Below are positions 1 through 14,276 of a DNA stretch of 64,000 nt, one piece after another (within the stretch, counting starts at the first letter, position 1; each line of letters starts with the position of its first letter). The DNA comes from Alphaproteobacteria bacterium (GTDB taxonomy: Bacteria > Pseudomonadota > Alphaproteobacteria > RF32 > CAG-239), in the NCBI GenBank assembly GCA_015062285.1, contig SUUY01000001.1, positions 170,880 through 234,879 of the forward strand, written 5' to 3'. A program made the position numbers and the translations under genes. The notes under the pieces are model-generated. The model did no database searches. It saw only the letters and a list, made by a program, of their open reading frames with translations, and had not been told where the DNA came from.

Positions 1-182
1 AAGGAAAAACAACAAATCTTAGTAGCGGAATGGCTTTGTTGCTGTTTGGAGGGGCTTTGTGTAGTTTTATTTATATTATTCCTGACGTGCGGTCTCCTTT
101 GTTTTATAACTTTTTGATATCAATAGTGTCGTCGGGTACAATTTTGAAATATCATTTTTTGCCAAGAAAAAGCCGTAATTAA
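1..182 (+). CDS. 3' end of a CDS entering from upstream (hydrophobic C-terminus of a membrane protein, function unknown)
   Basis: Frame 3 is open from the window edge to TAA at 180-182. It translates to ...SSGMALLLFGGALCSFIYIIPDVRSPLFYNFLISIVSSGTILKYHFLPRKSRN. No family recognised. Confidence 0.3.
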   Translation, partial: GKTTNLSSGMALLLFGGALCSFIYIIPDVRSPLFYNFLISIVSSGTILKYHFLPRKSRN

Positions 183-256
183 TTTGTTTTTTATTAACGA
201 TTATGTGTTTTTATAAAAATAATAGTTTTTAAGAATTTTGATTTAAGAGAGGATTT

Positions 257-1147
257 ATGCAGTATATTTTAGTTGCAATACTTAGTCCGTTTTTTGATGC
301 TTTAGCAACTATGATCGAAAGTGTATTGTCAAACAATACGTTTAAAAGACAAACAACAATGATATTTTACATATCATTAATGGATGCAATGTTTGTTCCA
401 TTGGTTTTTATTTTTGGAATGCCGACAATTCCTACAACTGAATGTTTATGGATGTATTGTATCTTGGGAGTGTTTGATATTGTATATCTATATCCATATT
501 TTACGGCAATGAAAGTTATTGATACTTCTATTGTGGCAGCTCTTTCTTCTTTGGGACAGGTTATTGTGCCGATAATGTCATTCTTTTTGTTGGGTGAAGT
601 TTTGAGTTTGCACCAATATATTGGTTTTGCCATAATAATCATGGCATCAGTGGCTTTGAGTATTAAAGGAACAAGAATGCCAAAACTTAGCCGTGCTTTT
701 TGGTATATGGTGATGGCTTCATTGGCAATATCTTGTCGAATAGTTTTAGTTAAGTGTGTTATGACGATTGATGGAAACTGGGTTAATACTATTGTATATC
801 CGAGCTTGGTTTCCGGTGTTTTGCCATTTTCGTTTTTGTTGTTTAAAAAGTTCCGTAAAGATATAAGACGAAATTTTCCGCCATATCTGGAGAAGTTTAG
901 AGTTTTTGCACTGAATGAGCTTATATGCTTTTTTGTGATGCTTTGTTCGGTTTATGGGTTGTCTGCTCTTTCTCCGGTTGTAAGTTCGGCTATAGGGTCG
1001 TTGCAACCAATCTTCTTGCTAACATCTTGTTGCTTTTTGACATCTTTTTATAATTGCGTTGTTAAAGAAAAGCTTACTCGCAGAATAATTATGAAAAAGA
1101 TGTTTTGCTTTGTTTTGATTATATTGGGCGTAATTTTGGTGGTGTAA
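257..1147 (+). CDS. DMT-superfamily (EamA-like) integral membrane transporter
   Basis: 296-aa ORF, hydrophobic throughout with about 10 predicted helices. Size and two-halves architecture are typical of EamA/DMT carriers. Confidence 0.5.
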   Translation: MQYILVAILSPFFDALATMIESVLSNNTFKRQTTMIFYISLMDAMFVPLVFIFGMPTIPTTECLWMYCILGVFDIVYLYPYFTAMKVIDTSIVAALSSLGQVIVPIMSFFLLGEVLSLHQYIGFAIIIMASVALSIKGTRMPKLSRAFWYMVMASLAISCRIVLVKCVMTIDGNWVNTIVYPSLVSGVLPFSFLLFKKFRKDIRRNFPPYLEKFRVFALNELICFFVMLCSVYGLSALSPVVSSAIGSLQPIFLLTSCCFLTSFYNCVVKEKLTRRIIMKKMFCFVLIILGVILVV

Positions 1148-1252
1148 AAGGAATAATGAGCCTAAATTAAACTAAAGGAGAGCATTTGCTCTCTTTTTTT
1201 TGTGGACTTAGAGCCTATCTTAAGAAAATGATTTGTTTGCGAGAGGAATGAA

Positions 1253-1753
1253 ATGATTATGGTGACTGTTAATGACAAGATGCAAAAAAATTATCGTTAT
1301 GAATTATCGGAACCGGAGGGGGAAAATTTTGCTGTTGATTTTAAGCCAGAGTTGACGCCTAAGCAAATGCTGGAAATGGGCGTGTTTGAAGGGCATTATC
1401 TTAACGATTGTCAAAATGAATTTCCTTCGGAGTGGTTTAAGAGTGCCAAAATATCTATAAACTATCCAGATGTTGAATGTAATTTGTTTGGAGTGAAATC
1501 TCGTCAGCCATTGAGTGTGTGGCGGAAAAAAGGCTGGATTATAGAACCAGATCCGCGGGGTTGGTTTCAATGGTATTGTCGTTATTATATGGGACGGCGA
1601 ATTAAAGGAGTTGATGATGTACAGATTAAGCGGTGGAAATCTTTTCGGCGTCATAAGGCACAAATAGAAAAACACTGTGTTTTGTTAGATATGGAATGTC
1701 GCAAAAAACAAAGGCAGGCATTGTTGCAATGGGCGTATGATCCGATTTTTTAA
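1253..1753 (+). CDS. conserved hypothetical protein with a Trp/Arg-rich motif DPRGWFQWYCRYYMGRR
   Basis: 166-aa ORF, no TM segment or signal peptide. The motif looks conserved but I cannot name the family. Confidence 0.6.
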   Translation: MIMVTVNDKMQKNYRYELSEPEGENFAVDFKPELTPKQMLEMGVFEGHYLNDCQNEFPSEWFKSAKISINYPDVECNLFGVKSRQPLSVWRKKGWIIEPDPRGWFQWYCRYYMGRRIKGVDDVQIKRWKSFRRHKAQIEKHCVLLDMECRKKQRQALLQWAYDPIF

Positions 1754-1951
1754 TGACGAAAAACAATGTTTTGTGTGGGCTATCTCTTTGTTTTATTATT
1801 TATTATCGATTATCGATAACCGATAATAATAACGAAAGGGAATTATAATAAGATAGTTAGGTATGTGGAGTTGGTTGGTTAGAAGGAATAAATATTAGTG
1901 TGTGATTATATTATTAATGAGGATATAGATAAAAGTTTTATAAAACAAAAA

Positions 1952-1978
1952 TAAAAAAAGCACCGGTTAGGGTGCTTT
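1952..1978 (-). terminator. rho-independent terminator of the 1983-2213 gene
   Basis: Stem aaagcacc (1957-1964) pairs with ggtgcttt (1971-1978). An A-run on the + strand upstream gives a T-run on the - strand after the hairpin. Confidence 0.6.
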
Positions 1979-1982
1979 GAAA

Positions 1983-2213
1983 TTAGAGGAACATTTCAAG
2001 ACGGCAGGCCATATAGCCGGCATCTTCCTCAGAACAACGCTGACCATAGCATTTATCAGAGATGTTGATCAAACGTTGCTCGAGTCTGAGACTGTCATCT
2101 GCGTGGTAGATCTCTCCGGGGGTTGGGCCTGATGTAGGAAGTGTTCCGAATTCCTTTTTGCAGAAGGCGTTAATTCTTTCTGCAGGGATTGGTTTTTTGT
2201 AAGTTTTTTCCAT
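1983..2213 (-). CDS. hypothetical small protein (76 aa)
   Basis: ORF followed by its own terminator; no recognisable domain. Confidence 0.5.
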   Translation of the reverse strand: MEKTYKKPIPAERINAFCKKEFGTLPTSGPTPGEIYHADDSLRLEQRLINISDKCYGQRCSEEDAGYMACRLEMFL

Positions 2214-2311
2214 AATTTATAATTTTATAAGTTATACATAAAAGTAATCAGTTTAATGCAGACTATAAATTGCTTTTATGAAAAAAGCAAGATATTTTTT
2301 GTCTAAAATTG

Positions 2312-2348
2312 GGAAAATAAAAAACCGTTTCATAAGAAACGGTTTTTT
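2312..2348 (-). terminator. rho-independent terminator of the M29 aminopeptidase gene
   Basis: Perfect 11-bp stem aaaaccgtttc (2321-2331) / gaaacggtttt (2336-2346) with loop ataa. A/T runs flank both sides. Confidence 0.8.
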
Positions 2349-2354
2349 GCGTGG

Positions 2355-3482
2355 CTACATGCCCCATAGAGCAAGATTTTCAGGGTTGAGAAGTTTAAGT
2401 TCCGGCAAAACAAATAAACCGTCTTTGCGGATGAGGACATCATCAAACCATATTTCTCCGCCACCATACTCAGGCGTTTGGATCTGGACTAAGTCCCAAT
2501 GGATACCGGAGCGATTACCGTTTGGGGCATCAGGCAAAGAATTGCCGATTGCCATGTGAAGCGATCCGGTGATCTTTTCGTCAAACAGAGCATCGCCCAT
2601 CGGACGTGTGATGTATGGGTTTATGCCAAGAGCAAATTCTCCCATATAACGAGATCCGTCGTCGGTGTTGATGACATCGAGCAGGTCTTGCGTAGAACCA
2701 TCATGTTTGGCGGATACAATTTGTCCGTCTTTGAACGTTAGTTCAACGTTGGAAAAGCGTTTGCCATTCTGATAGTCCGGCGTGTTAAAGCGGATGTATC
2801 CGTTGATTGAATCTTTGACTGGTGCAGTGAACACTTCGCCGTCGGGAATGTTGCGATGCCCACAACATGCCTTAGCTCCTATGCCGGCAATGGAGAATGT
2901 AAGGTCAGTGTAAGGAGCGATAATGTGAACCTTGTCGGTTTTTTTCATAAGCTCCACAAGCGGATACATACATTTTTCCATGTGGCCGTAGTCAATCAGA
3001 CAGGATTTGTAATAGAAATCTTCAAACTGTTTGTTTGAAAGCCCCGCACTGTAAGCCATAACGTCATTAGGATAACGCATAACGCACCAACGAGTGTTAT
3101 GAACCCTAATACCTAGCTGGACATTGCCGACAAAGTGTTGGTTGTACCATTTGCGAGCGATTTCTGATGAATCAGAATCATTACAAGGGTTGTTATGACT
3201 TCTGATGCCGACAAAAACATCCATTTGTTGCATGATTTGAGCGTGAAAATCAGAAAATCCTTTAACTTGATCTTCGTTTGTGTGCTTGAGCATTGCGTTG
3301 GTGAGAGAGCTGTCGTTGTAGAAATAGAACGGAATACCGCCCAATTCAACCGCTTTTTCGATCAAGGCTCGCAATAGAGGTTGTGTGTTTGGTCCAATGC
3401 CTTCGAGATAGATTTTTTCTCCGGCCTGCAGATTTACCGAGTTTACAAGGATGTTCTCTGCAAGTTTTTTGATTTTTTCCAT
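2355..3482 (-). CDS. aminopeptidase, peptidase family M29 (AmpS/PepS-like)
   Basis: 375 aa. N-terminus LAENILVNSVNLQAGEKIYLEG and C-terminal GEFALGINP...DEKITGSLHMAIG...NGNRSGIHWDLV match my memory of M29 aminopeptidases. Confidence 0.7.
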   Translation of the reverse strand: MEKIKKLAENILVNSVNLQAGEKIYLEGIGPNTQPLLRALIEKAVELGGIPFYFYNDSSLTNAMLKHTNEDQVKGFSDFHAQIMQQMDVFVGIRSHNNPCNDSDSSEIARKWYNQHFVGNVQLGIRVHNTRWCVMRYPNDVMAYSAGLSNKQFEDFYYKSCLIDYGHMEKCMYPLVELMKKTDKVHIIAPYTDLTFSIAGIGAKACCGHRNIPDGEVFTAPVKDSINGYIRFNTPDYQNGKRFSNVELTFKDGQIVSAKHDGSTQDLLDVINTDDGSRYMGEFALGINPYITRPMGDALFDEKITGSLHMAIGNSLPDAPNGNRSGIHWDLVQIQTPEYGGGEIWFDDVLIRKDGLFVLPELKLLNPENLALWGM

Positions 3483-3561
3483 AATTGTAGGTGTTAGTTA
3501 ATAATATTTAGTTGTGGTTAATATATAACTTATTGACAAAAAAGCAAGAATTTTGTGCAAA

Positions 3562-3590
3562 TAAAAAAAGGAAACCGATTAGGTCTCCTT
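3562..3590 (-). terminator. rho-independent terminator of the 3594-4265 gene
   Basis: Stem aggaaacc (3569-3576) / ggtctcct (3582-3589) with 1 mismatch. The A-run at 3563-3569 gives a T-run on the - strand. Confidence 0.55.
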
Positions 3591-3593
3591 TTT

Positions 3594-4265
3594 TTATGAT
3601 TTTAACCATTCAAGCCATGCATTCAGTAACTTATATGTGCAGTATAAAACGATATATGCAAGACAGAAGGCAGTAAGGGTAATCAATGTTGCAAAAATGC
3701 ATATCGTAACAACCCCTACAAAGTCGAAGCTAAAAGTTGACGACATACCTGCCGAAACAAAAATTGCAATAGACAAACATATGAATAAAGCCAGTGTTGC
3801 CCACGTTAATAATTTAGCACCTTTAGATATGTCTGTCCCATATGAAATAGCATTTTGAAATTTTGTTGCAATTCCATGAAAAAGGGCTTTGAAGTTTATC
3901 AAATAGTAAGCAAGCAAAATTACGGCGGCTAATTCTATGATACCTAAAAGGAAGCCAGCTGAAATTCCCGTTTGCGTATTTATGTAAATTCCAAGTACAA
4001 ACCCGATAACCAACATAATGCTAAAGAGTATTTTGGCAAATATACGCTTTGGGGCAAACTTAAGCTCATGGGTACGAGAAATTTCCTTGTAATCAGGTTT
4101 TTCCCAATCAATTTTAAGTTGGAGGGCTCTTTCGTAGCTTTTCAATCGTGTGCTATATTCCTTTTGGACACGATCGTGCATTGTATTTTTTGTATATACA
4201 ATATAGCCGATACTCAAGCCGGCAATTATTGCGGCGAGATAGAAAATAATAATAAGTGTAATCAT
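3594..4265 (-). CDS. hypothetical integral membrane protein
   Basis: 223-aa ORF with an N-terminal TM helix, a charged linker and about 4 further hydrophobic helices. No family recognised. Confidence 0.6.
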   Translation of the reverse strand: MITLIIIFYLAAIIAGLSIGYIVYTKNTMHDRVQKEYSTRLKSYERALQLKIDWEKPDYKEISRTHELKFAPKRIFAKILFSIMLVIGFVLGIYINTQTGISAGFLLGIIELAAVILLAYYLINFKALFHGIATKFQNAISYGTDISKGAKLLTWATLALFICLSIAIFVSAGMSSTFSFDFVGVVTICIFATLITLTAFCLAYIVLYCTYKLLNAWLEWLKS

Positions 4266-4437
4266 AAATTTTATGGTTTTGGTTAATAATATTAAAGTGT
4301 TTTGTTTGTATAATAAATAAAAAGAATCGTCAAGTTAAATATAAGCTGATTTTAGGCAATCCGTTGATGCGATTCAGTTTGACTCAAAGTGAGTCGGAGC
4401 AAGGGATAAAAAAGATTCGTGCGATGTAATTTTTTGC

Positions 4438-4467
4438 TTGCAAGAATCGAAAAAGTGAGTCTATTAT
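4438..4467 (+). promoter_or_regulatory. candidate sigma70-type promoter for rpoBC
   Basis: TTGCAA (4438-4443), 18-nt spacer, TATTAT (4462-4467). It lies about 190 nt upstream of the rpoB ATG. Confidence 0.35.
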
Positions 4468-4655
4468 CTGCGCGAATTTGGTCACTATGAGTGACAATTG
4501 CATGCAATTATTTTATCTGTTTCTCGCCAAGAGGAAGCAATTTCCTATGGTTTGGCGGGTTCTTCTATTTATTTGTACAAAAACCCTCTGCGCGCGGGAT
4601 TCAAGTTTTTTGATAGTATGGCCGCAGATTTCAACAATATAAGGATATTAATACA

Positions 4656-7600
4656 ATGACAGAATCTTATACGAGCAAAAGACGTGTAAGAAAGAACTTT
4701 GGCAGAATCGACGCTGTTGCCGATATGCCTAATCTGATTGAAGTTCAGACAGGTTCTTATAATAGCTTTATTCAAGCTCAAGGAGCAGAGAAGTGCGAAT
4801 TTGGCTTGGAAGAAGTTTTCAAATCTATTTTCCCGATCAAAGACTTTTCCGGAAATGGCGAATTGGAGTTTGTGGGATATGAACTCGAAGAGCCGAAATA
4901 TGATGTAGACGAATGTATCAAAAGAGATATGACATTTGCTGCTCCGGTTAAGGCTACATTGCGTTTGGTGGTATGGGATACTGACGAGGCTACCGGTGCT
5001 AAGTCTATTCATGACATTAAAGAGCAAGACGTGTATATGGGTGATATTCCATTGATGACCGAAAAAGGTACTTTTATCTTTAATGGTACAGAGCGTGTTG
5101 TTGTTTCACAAATGCACAGATCTCCGGGTGTGTTCTTTGATCATGACAAAGGTAAGACAATGGCTAGCGGTAAATATTTGTTTGCTGCTCGCATTATTCC
5201 TTATCGCGGATCTTGGTTGGATTTTGAGTTTGATGCCAAAGATTTGGTTTATGCTCGTATTGACCGTCGCCGTAAGTTGCCGGTTACTTCTGTTTTGTAT
5301 TCTTTGTATTCTAAAGAAACAGAAGATAAAATTGCTGCTTTGGCTAAAAAAGGTAAAACTATTGATCCTGCCGAAATTAAAGGTATGGATAAAGAAGAAA
5401 TCCTTAACTACTTCTATGATGCAGATACATATGTTGCAGAAAAGAAAGCTTGGAAAGTTAAATTTGTTGCGGAGCGCATGAAAGGTGTAAAGTTTGACTT
5501 TGACCTGATTAATGCTGCTACCGGCAAAGTTGCTTTGGAACAAGGTAAAAAACTTTCTCCTCGTGCAGCTCAAAAATTAGCTGACGAAGGTTTAGAATTT
5601 TATAAGGTTACCAATGAGCAAATGATTGGTAAGTTTTTGGCAAACAACATCGTTGTTGCTAAAACAGGCGAAGTTTTGGCCGAAGCCGGTGATGAAATCA
5701 CTGAAGAATTGTTGGAAAAATTAGCCGCTAACAAAATCAACGAGATTAAAACATTGTTCATTGATAATGTAAATGTTGGCCCATATATCCGCAATACTTT
5801 GGCTGTTGATAAGAATAGTTGCCGTGAAGAAGCTTTGTTGGATATTTATCGTGTTATGCGTCCGGGTGATCCTCCGACATATGAAACAGCTGATCAGTTG
5901 TTTAAGGCTTTGTTCTTCGACAAAGATCGCTATGATTTATCTTCGGTTGGTCGTGTTAAATTGAATATCGCTATGGATATTCCGTTTGAAGATGCTCCGG
6001 ATACATATGGTATTTTGCGTAAAGATGATATTTTGCGTATTGTAAAAAGACTATGCGAACTTCGTGACGGAAAAGGCGAAGTTGATGATATTGACCATTT
6101 GGGTAACCGTCGTGTTCGCTCAGTTGGTGAGTTGATGGAAAATCAATATCGCATGGGCTTGCTCCGTATGGAAAGAGCAATTCGTGAACGTATGAGCTCT
6201 GAGAACTTAAACAATGTTAAACCGCAAGATTTGGTTAATGCTAAGCCGATTGCTTCGGTTATTAGAGAGTTCTTCGGTTCTTCTCAGTTGTCTCAATTTA
6301 TGGATCAGAACAACCCGTTGTCTGAAATTACTCACAAGCGTCGTTTGTCTGCATTGGGTCCCGGTGGTTTGAGCCGTGATCGTGCCGGATTTGAAGTTCG
6401 TGACGTGCATCCGACTCACTATGGTCGTATTTGTCCGATTGAAACTCCTGAAGGTCCAAACATTGGTTTGATTAACTCTTTATCTACATATGCCCGTATT
6501 AACAAATATGGCTTCATTGAATGTCCATATCGTAAAGTTGTTAAGGGTGTGGTTACTAAAGAGGTTGTATATCTTTCTGCCAATGAAGAAGGTAAGTTCA
6601 AAATCGCTGAAGCAAATGCTAAAGTAAAAGACAACGGTCATTTTGAAGACGACTTGATTGCTTGTCGCAAGGCCGGCGAATTTGAATTTGCTCATCCGGA
6701 AGAAATTGACTTTATTGACGTTTCACCAAAACAATTGGTTTCTGTTGCTACAGCTCTTATTCCGTTCTTGGAAAATGATGACGCTAACCGTGCATTGATG
6801 GGTTCAAACATGCAACGTCAAGGTGTGCCTTTGTTGCGTTCTGAAGCTCCATTGGTTGGTACCGGTGTTGAAGGCGTTGTAGCTAAAGATTCCGGTGCAA
6901 CTGTAGTTTGTAGAGCAGATGGTATTGTAGATGCTGTTGATGCTAACCGTATTGTGGTTCGTTCTAAAGACGAGCATGCTGCAGATGCCGGTGTAGAAAT
7001 CTACCGTTTGGCTAAGTTCCGCCGTTCTAACCAAAACACTTGCATTAACCAAGTTCCATTGGTGAAAGTTGGTGATGAGGTTAAGGCCGGAGATATTATG
7101 GCTGACGGACAATGTACCGATATGGGTGAATTGGCTTTGGGTAAGAACGTTCTTGTTGCATTTATGCCTTGGAACGGTTTGAACTACGAAGATGCTATTT
7201 TGCTCTCTGAAAGAATTTCTCGTGATGACGTATTTACATCTTTGCACATTGAAGAATTTGAAGTAATGGCTCGTGATACCAAGTTGGGTCAGGAAGAAAT
7301 TACTCGTGATATTCCAAACGTGGGTGAAGAAGGTTTGCGTAACCTTGATGAGGCCGGTATCGTTTATATCGGTGCCGAAGTTAAAGCCGGTGATATCTTG
7401 GTTGGTAAGGTTACTCCGAAGGGAGAATCTCCTGTTACTCCGGAAGAGAAGTTGTTGCGTGCAATCTTTGGTGAAAAAGCTTCTGATGTTCGTGATACTT
7501 CTTTGCGTGTTCAACCGGGTATTGAAGGTATTGTGGTTGATGTTCATGTGTTCTCTCGCCGTGGTGTTGAGAAAGATGAGCGTGCCCTTTCTATCGAGCA

Positions 7601-8831
7601 AGAAGAAATTTCTCAATTGGCTAAAGATCGTGATGATGAAATTGCCATTATTCGTCGCAACGTAGATGCTCGTTTGAAATCTATGCTTTTGGGACAAAAA
7701 GTGGTTGATGCTCCAAAGGGTTCTTTAGCTAAAAATGCTGAAATCACTGAAGATAAATTGGCTGAGATTCCGTCTTCGCAATGGCGTAAGATTGTAGTTA
7801 AAGATGAAGCTGTTATGGCAAGTATTGAAGATTTGCTTGCAGCTTATGACAATCGTGTTGCCAAGATTCAAAAACACTTTGATGACAAAGTGGAAAAAGT
7901 ACAACGTGGTGACGATTTGTTGCCTGGTGTATTGAAGATGGTTAAAGTATTTATTGCTACCAAACGTAAGATTCAATCAGGAGATAAGATTGCCGGACGT
8001 CATGGTAACAAAGGTACAATTTCTCGCGTATTGCCATTGCAAGATATGCCTTATATGGAAGATGGTACTCCGGTTGATATCGTGTTGAACCCGTTGGGTG
8101 TGCCTTCTCGTATGAACGTAGGACAAATTCTTGAAACTCACTTGGGCTGGGCAGCCAAAAAATTGGGACAACAGATCAACGAGATGTTGGAACAATATAA
8201 GGCCGGTCAGGCAAGTGAAAAAGATTTGCGTGCTAAGCTCAAAGACGTATATGGCGAAAAACAGTATAAACGCGAGATTGCCGATATGAGCATGGAAGAT
8301 TTGGAAGTTATGATTCCAAACCTGAAAAATGGTGTGCCGATGGCTACTCCGGTATTTGACGGTGCTACCGGCGATGACATCAACGAAATGCTCACAAAGG
8401 CCGGTTTGCCGACTTCTGGACAAATTGACTTGTATGACGGTCGTACCGGTGAGAAATTTGATCGTAAGGTTACCGTTGGTATTATCTATATGATCAAGTT
8501 GCACCACATCGTTGATGAAAAAATGCACGCTCGTTCGGTTGGTCCTTACAGTTTGGTTACTCAACAACCTTTGGGTGGTAAGGCTCAATTCGGTGGTCAA
8601 CGCTTCGGTGAAATGGAAGTGTGGGCATTGCAAGCATATGGTGCTGCTTATACCTTGCAAGAAATGCTGACCGTAAAATCTGACGACGTTAACGGACGTA
8701 CCAAAGTTTATGAGGCTATTGTTCGTGGCGAAGACACATTTGAGGCCGGTATTCCTGAGTCATTTAACGTTTTGACCAAAGAAATTAAGTCTTTGTGTTT
8801 GAATGTTGAGTTGTTAAACGAAGAAGTTTAG
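4656..8831 (+). CDS. rpoB: DNA-directed RNA polymerase subunit beta
   Basis: 1391 aa, collinear with RpoB. Contains the hallmark segments [26 protein letters not shown] and NMQRQ. Confidence 0.99.
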   Translation: MTESYTSKRRVRKNFGRIDAVADMPNLIEVQTGSYNSFIQAQGAEKCEFGLEEVFKSIFPIKDFSGNGELEFVGYELEEPKYDVDECIKRDMTFAAPVKATLRLVVWDTDEATGAKSIHDIKEQDVYMGDIPLMTEKGTFIFNGTERVVVSQMHRSPGVFFDHDKGKTMASGKYLFAARIIPYRGSWLDFEFDAKDLVYARIDRRRKLPVTSVLYSLYSKETEDKIAALAKKGKTIDPAEIKGMDKEEILNYFYDADTYVAEKKAWKVKFVAERMKGVKFDFDLINAATGKVALEQGKKLSPRAAQKLADEGLEFYKVTNEQMIGKFLANNIVVAKTGEVLAEAGDEITEELLEKLAANKINEIKTLFIDNVNVGPYIRNTLAVDKNSCREEALLDIYRVMRPGDPPTYETADQLFKALFFDKDRYDLSSVGRVKLNIAMDIPFEDAPDTYGILRKDDILRIVKRLCELRDGKGEVDDIDHLGNRRVRSVGELMENQYRMGLLRMERAIRERMSSENLNNVKPQDLVNAKPIASVIREFFGSSQLSQFMDQNNPLSEITHKRRLSALGPGGLSRDRAGFEVRDVHPTHYGRICPIETPEGPNIGLINSLSTYARINKYGFIECPYRKVVKGVVTKEVVYLSANEEGKFKIAEANAKVKDNGHFEDDLIACRKAGEFEFAHPEEIDFIDVSPKQLVSVATALIPFLENDDANRALMGSNMQRQGVPLLRSEAPLVGTGVEGVVAKDSGATVVCRADGIVDAVDANRIVVRSKDEHAADAGVEIYRLAKFRRSNQNTCINQVPLVKVGDEVKAGDIMADGQCTDMGELALGKNVLVAFMPWNGLNYEDAILLSERISRDDVFTSLHIEEFEVMARDTKLGQEEITRDIPNVGEEGLRNLDEAGIVYIGAEVKAGDILVGKVTPKGESPVTPEEKLLRAIFGEKASDVRDTSLRVQPGIEGIVVDVHVFSRRGVEKDERALSIEQEEISQLAKDRDDEIAIIRRNVDARLKSMLLGQKVVDAPKGSLAKNAEITEDKLAEIPSSQWRKIVVKDEAVMASIEDLLAAYDNRVAKIQKHFDDKVEKVQRGDDLLPGVLKMVKVFIATKRKIQSGDKIAGRHGNKGTISRVLPLQDMPYMEDGTPVDIVLNPLGVPSRMNVGQILETHLGWAAKKLGQQINEMLEQYKAGQASEKDLRAKLKDVYGEKQYKREIADMSMEDLEVMIPNLKNGVPMATPVFDGATGDDINEMLTKAGLPTSGQIDLYDGRTGEKFDRKVTVGIIYMIKLHHIVDEKMHARSVGPYSLVTQQPLGGKAQFGGQRFGEMEVWALQAYGAAYTLQEMLTVKSDDVNGRTKVYEAIVRGEDTFEAGIPESFNVLTKEIKSLCLNVELLNEEV

Positions 8832-8847
8832 GTAGAGGAGCTAATAG

Positions 8848-12990
<4,143 letters not shown>

Positions 12991-13020
12991 TTTGAAGTCT
13001 TGAAAACTCAAATTAAGAAA

Positions 13021-13051
13021 ACAGAGGAAGTTTTGCTTCCTCTGTTTTTTG
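13021..13051 (+). terminator. rho-independent terminator of rpoBC
   Basis: Stem cagaggaag (13022-13030) / cttcctctg (13036-13044), followed by TTTTTT. Confidence 0.8.
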
Positions 13052-13119
13052 TTGCTTTAAAATTTTATGTTGTTATAGTGAGGATAGTTTATTTAATTAT
13101 TAATCTTAATTTTTATATC

Positions 13120-13536
13120 ATGGAAACAACAATTAGTATTTTAATCTTAGTGAGCATTGTCTTGCTAGGTATTTGTATTAGTCAGTCTGTTCAACTAAAA
13201 AAATGCAAGGATGCACAGAATTGCGAGGAATGTGCTTGTAACTTTGATCTTGAAAAGGCCTGTGATCATCTGCTATATGTTATGAAGAAGGTAGATGTTG
13301 TCGGAAAACTGCGTTATGAAAAGGAAAGCAAAGAGGCTTTAATCAAGGAGATTAAGGATTTGTTTTTCTTTGAAGAACTTGTTGATCCGGAGCAAAAACT
13401 CAATCATTTACAGGCAACTTTGAATTCGTATCAGGATAAGCCTTATGACGAAGAAGAAAATGCGGCTTTGGCTAAAGTATATCGGGAGTTGTACAGCTAT
13501 GCTAAGCATCATATTAAAAAAAACAATAAGCCATAA
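13120..13536 (+). CDS. small membrane-anchored protein with a juxtamembrane Cys cluster (array member 1)
   Basis: I trimmed the ORF to the ATG at 13120 because the tracked start at 13000 overlaps the rpoC terminator. It has an N-terminal TM helix, then CKDAQNCEECACNFDLEKAC, then a charged helical tail. Confidence 0.55.
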   Translation: METTISILILVSIVLLGICISQSVQLKKCKDAQNCEECACNFDLEKACDHLLYVMKKVDVVGKLRYEKESKEALIKEIKDLFFFEELVDPEQKLNHLQATLNSYQDKPYDEEENAALAKVYRELYSYAKHHIKKNNKP

Positions 13537-13581
13537 TTCATGGTGATGTTCTTATTTATTAATCATTAAATGTAAAGTAGT

Positions 13582-13851
13582 ATGAATCAGACTTCTTTAG
13601 TTGTTTTATGTTTGGCAATAATTATATTGCTTGCAGGCATTTTGTGGGCGTCTTTGACTTTGTTTCGTTTTGCTCGAGCAAAGCATGGGCGTAGAATCAA
13701 AAGAATAGTGGCAAAGATGCCAAGTTCACAACTGCTTTTATTATATAAGCAATTGGATCAGCCTGATCAATGTATTCCATATAAGGAAAGTTACATTAGG
13801 GCGGTGAGAAATGAAGCTTATAAACGGAAACTAGTAGTTAGAAAAAAATGA
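13582..13851 (+). CDS. small single-pass membrane protein (array member 2, paralog group)
   Basis: 89 aa: TM helix, K/R cluster, and a C-terminal motif shared with members 3 and 4. Confidence 0.55.
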   Translation: MNQTSLVVLCLAIIILLAGILWASLTLFRFARAKHGRRIKRIVAKMPSSQLLLLYKQLDQPDQCIPYKESYIRAVRNEAYKRKLVVRKK

Positions 13852-13859
13852 CACTTTTA

Positions 13860-13895
13860 AACTCCAGGATCAAAAATTGATACTGGAGTTTTTTG
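13860..13895 (+). terminator. rho-independent terminator after array member 2
   Basis: Outer stem aactccag (13860-13867) / ctggagtt (13883-13890). Inner stem atcaa (13869-13873) / ttgat (13877-13881), then a T-run. Confidence 0.7.
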
Positions 13896-13967
13896 TTGAT
13901 TTTTAGTGAATATATGATAAAAGATTTTTAGCTTATGTATTATTAACTTAAATTAAATTTATAAATT

Positions 13968-14264
13968 ATGGAAGGGTATATAACAATTTCGTCTGCTGAC
14001 TTGATGTACTTTTCAGGTTTCATGGTGTGCTCACTATTGTTGCTACTTTTGTTTTTTTGTTTTGTGTGGTATCTTTATGCCAAAATAAAAAAAAGAAAGG
14101 AACAAAAAGAAATAGAAGAGGCTCAACGTGATTGGGGGTTCGTCGAATCATTGGATGATATGGCTTTAAAGGCCTTGTACGGAGCTGTATTGAGAGGAAA
14201 TTTATCTTCCACTACATTCAGAAAGGTTGTAGAAAAAGAGGCTCGACGACGTGGTATACATTAA
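13968..14264 (+). CDS. small single-pass membrane protein (array member 3, paralog group)
   Basis: 98 aa: TM helix, K/R/E-rich linker, C-terminal motif LKALY...FRKVVEKEARRRGI. Confidence 0.55.
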   Translation: MEGYITISSADLMYFSGFMVCSLLLLLLFFCFVWYLYAKIKKRKEQKEIEEAQRDWGFVESLDDMALKALYGAVLRGNLSSTTFRKVVEKEARRRGIH

Positions 14265-14276
14265 TATTATCAAATT

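Noticed and set aside
6804-8660. Long antisense ORFs inside rpoB (297 aa at 6804-7697, 227 aa at 7977-8660), and similar ones inside rpoC.
   Set aside because: They are shadow ORFs on the opposite strand of a certain, highly conserved CDS. They have low-complexity composition and no start context.
13000-13119. The tracked ORF start at 13000 for the first array gene, giving 178 aa.
   Set aside because: The first 40 codons run through the rpoC terminator hairpin and T-run (13021-13051). The internal ATG at 13120 gives a protein that begins with the TM helix, like the other array members.
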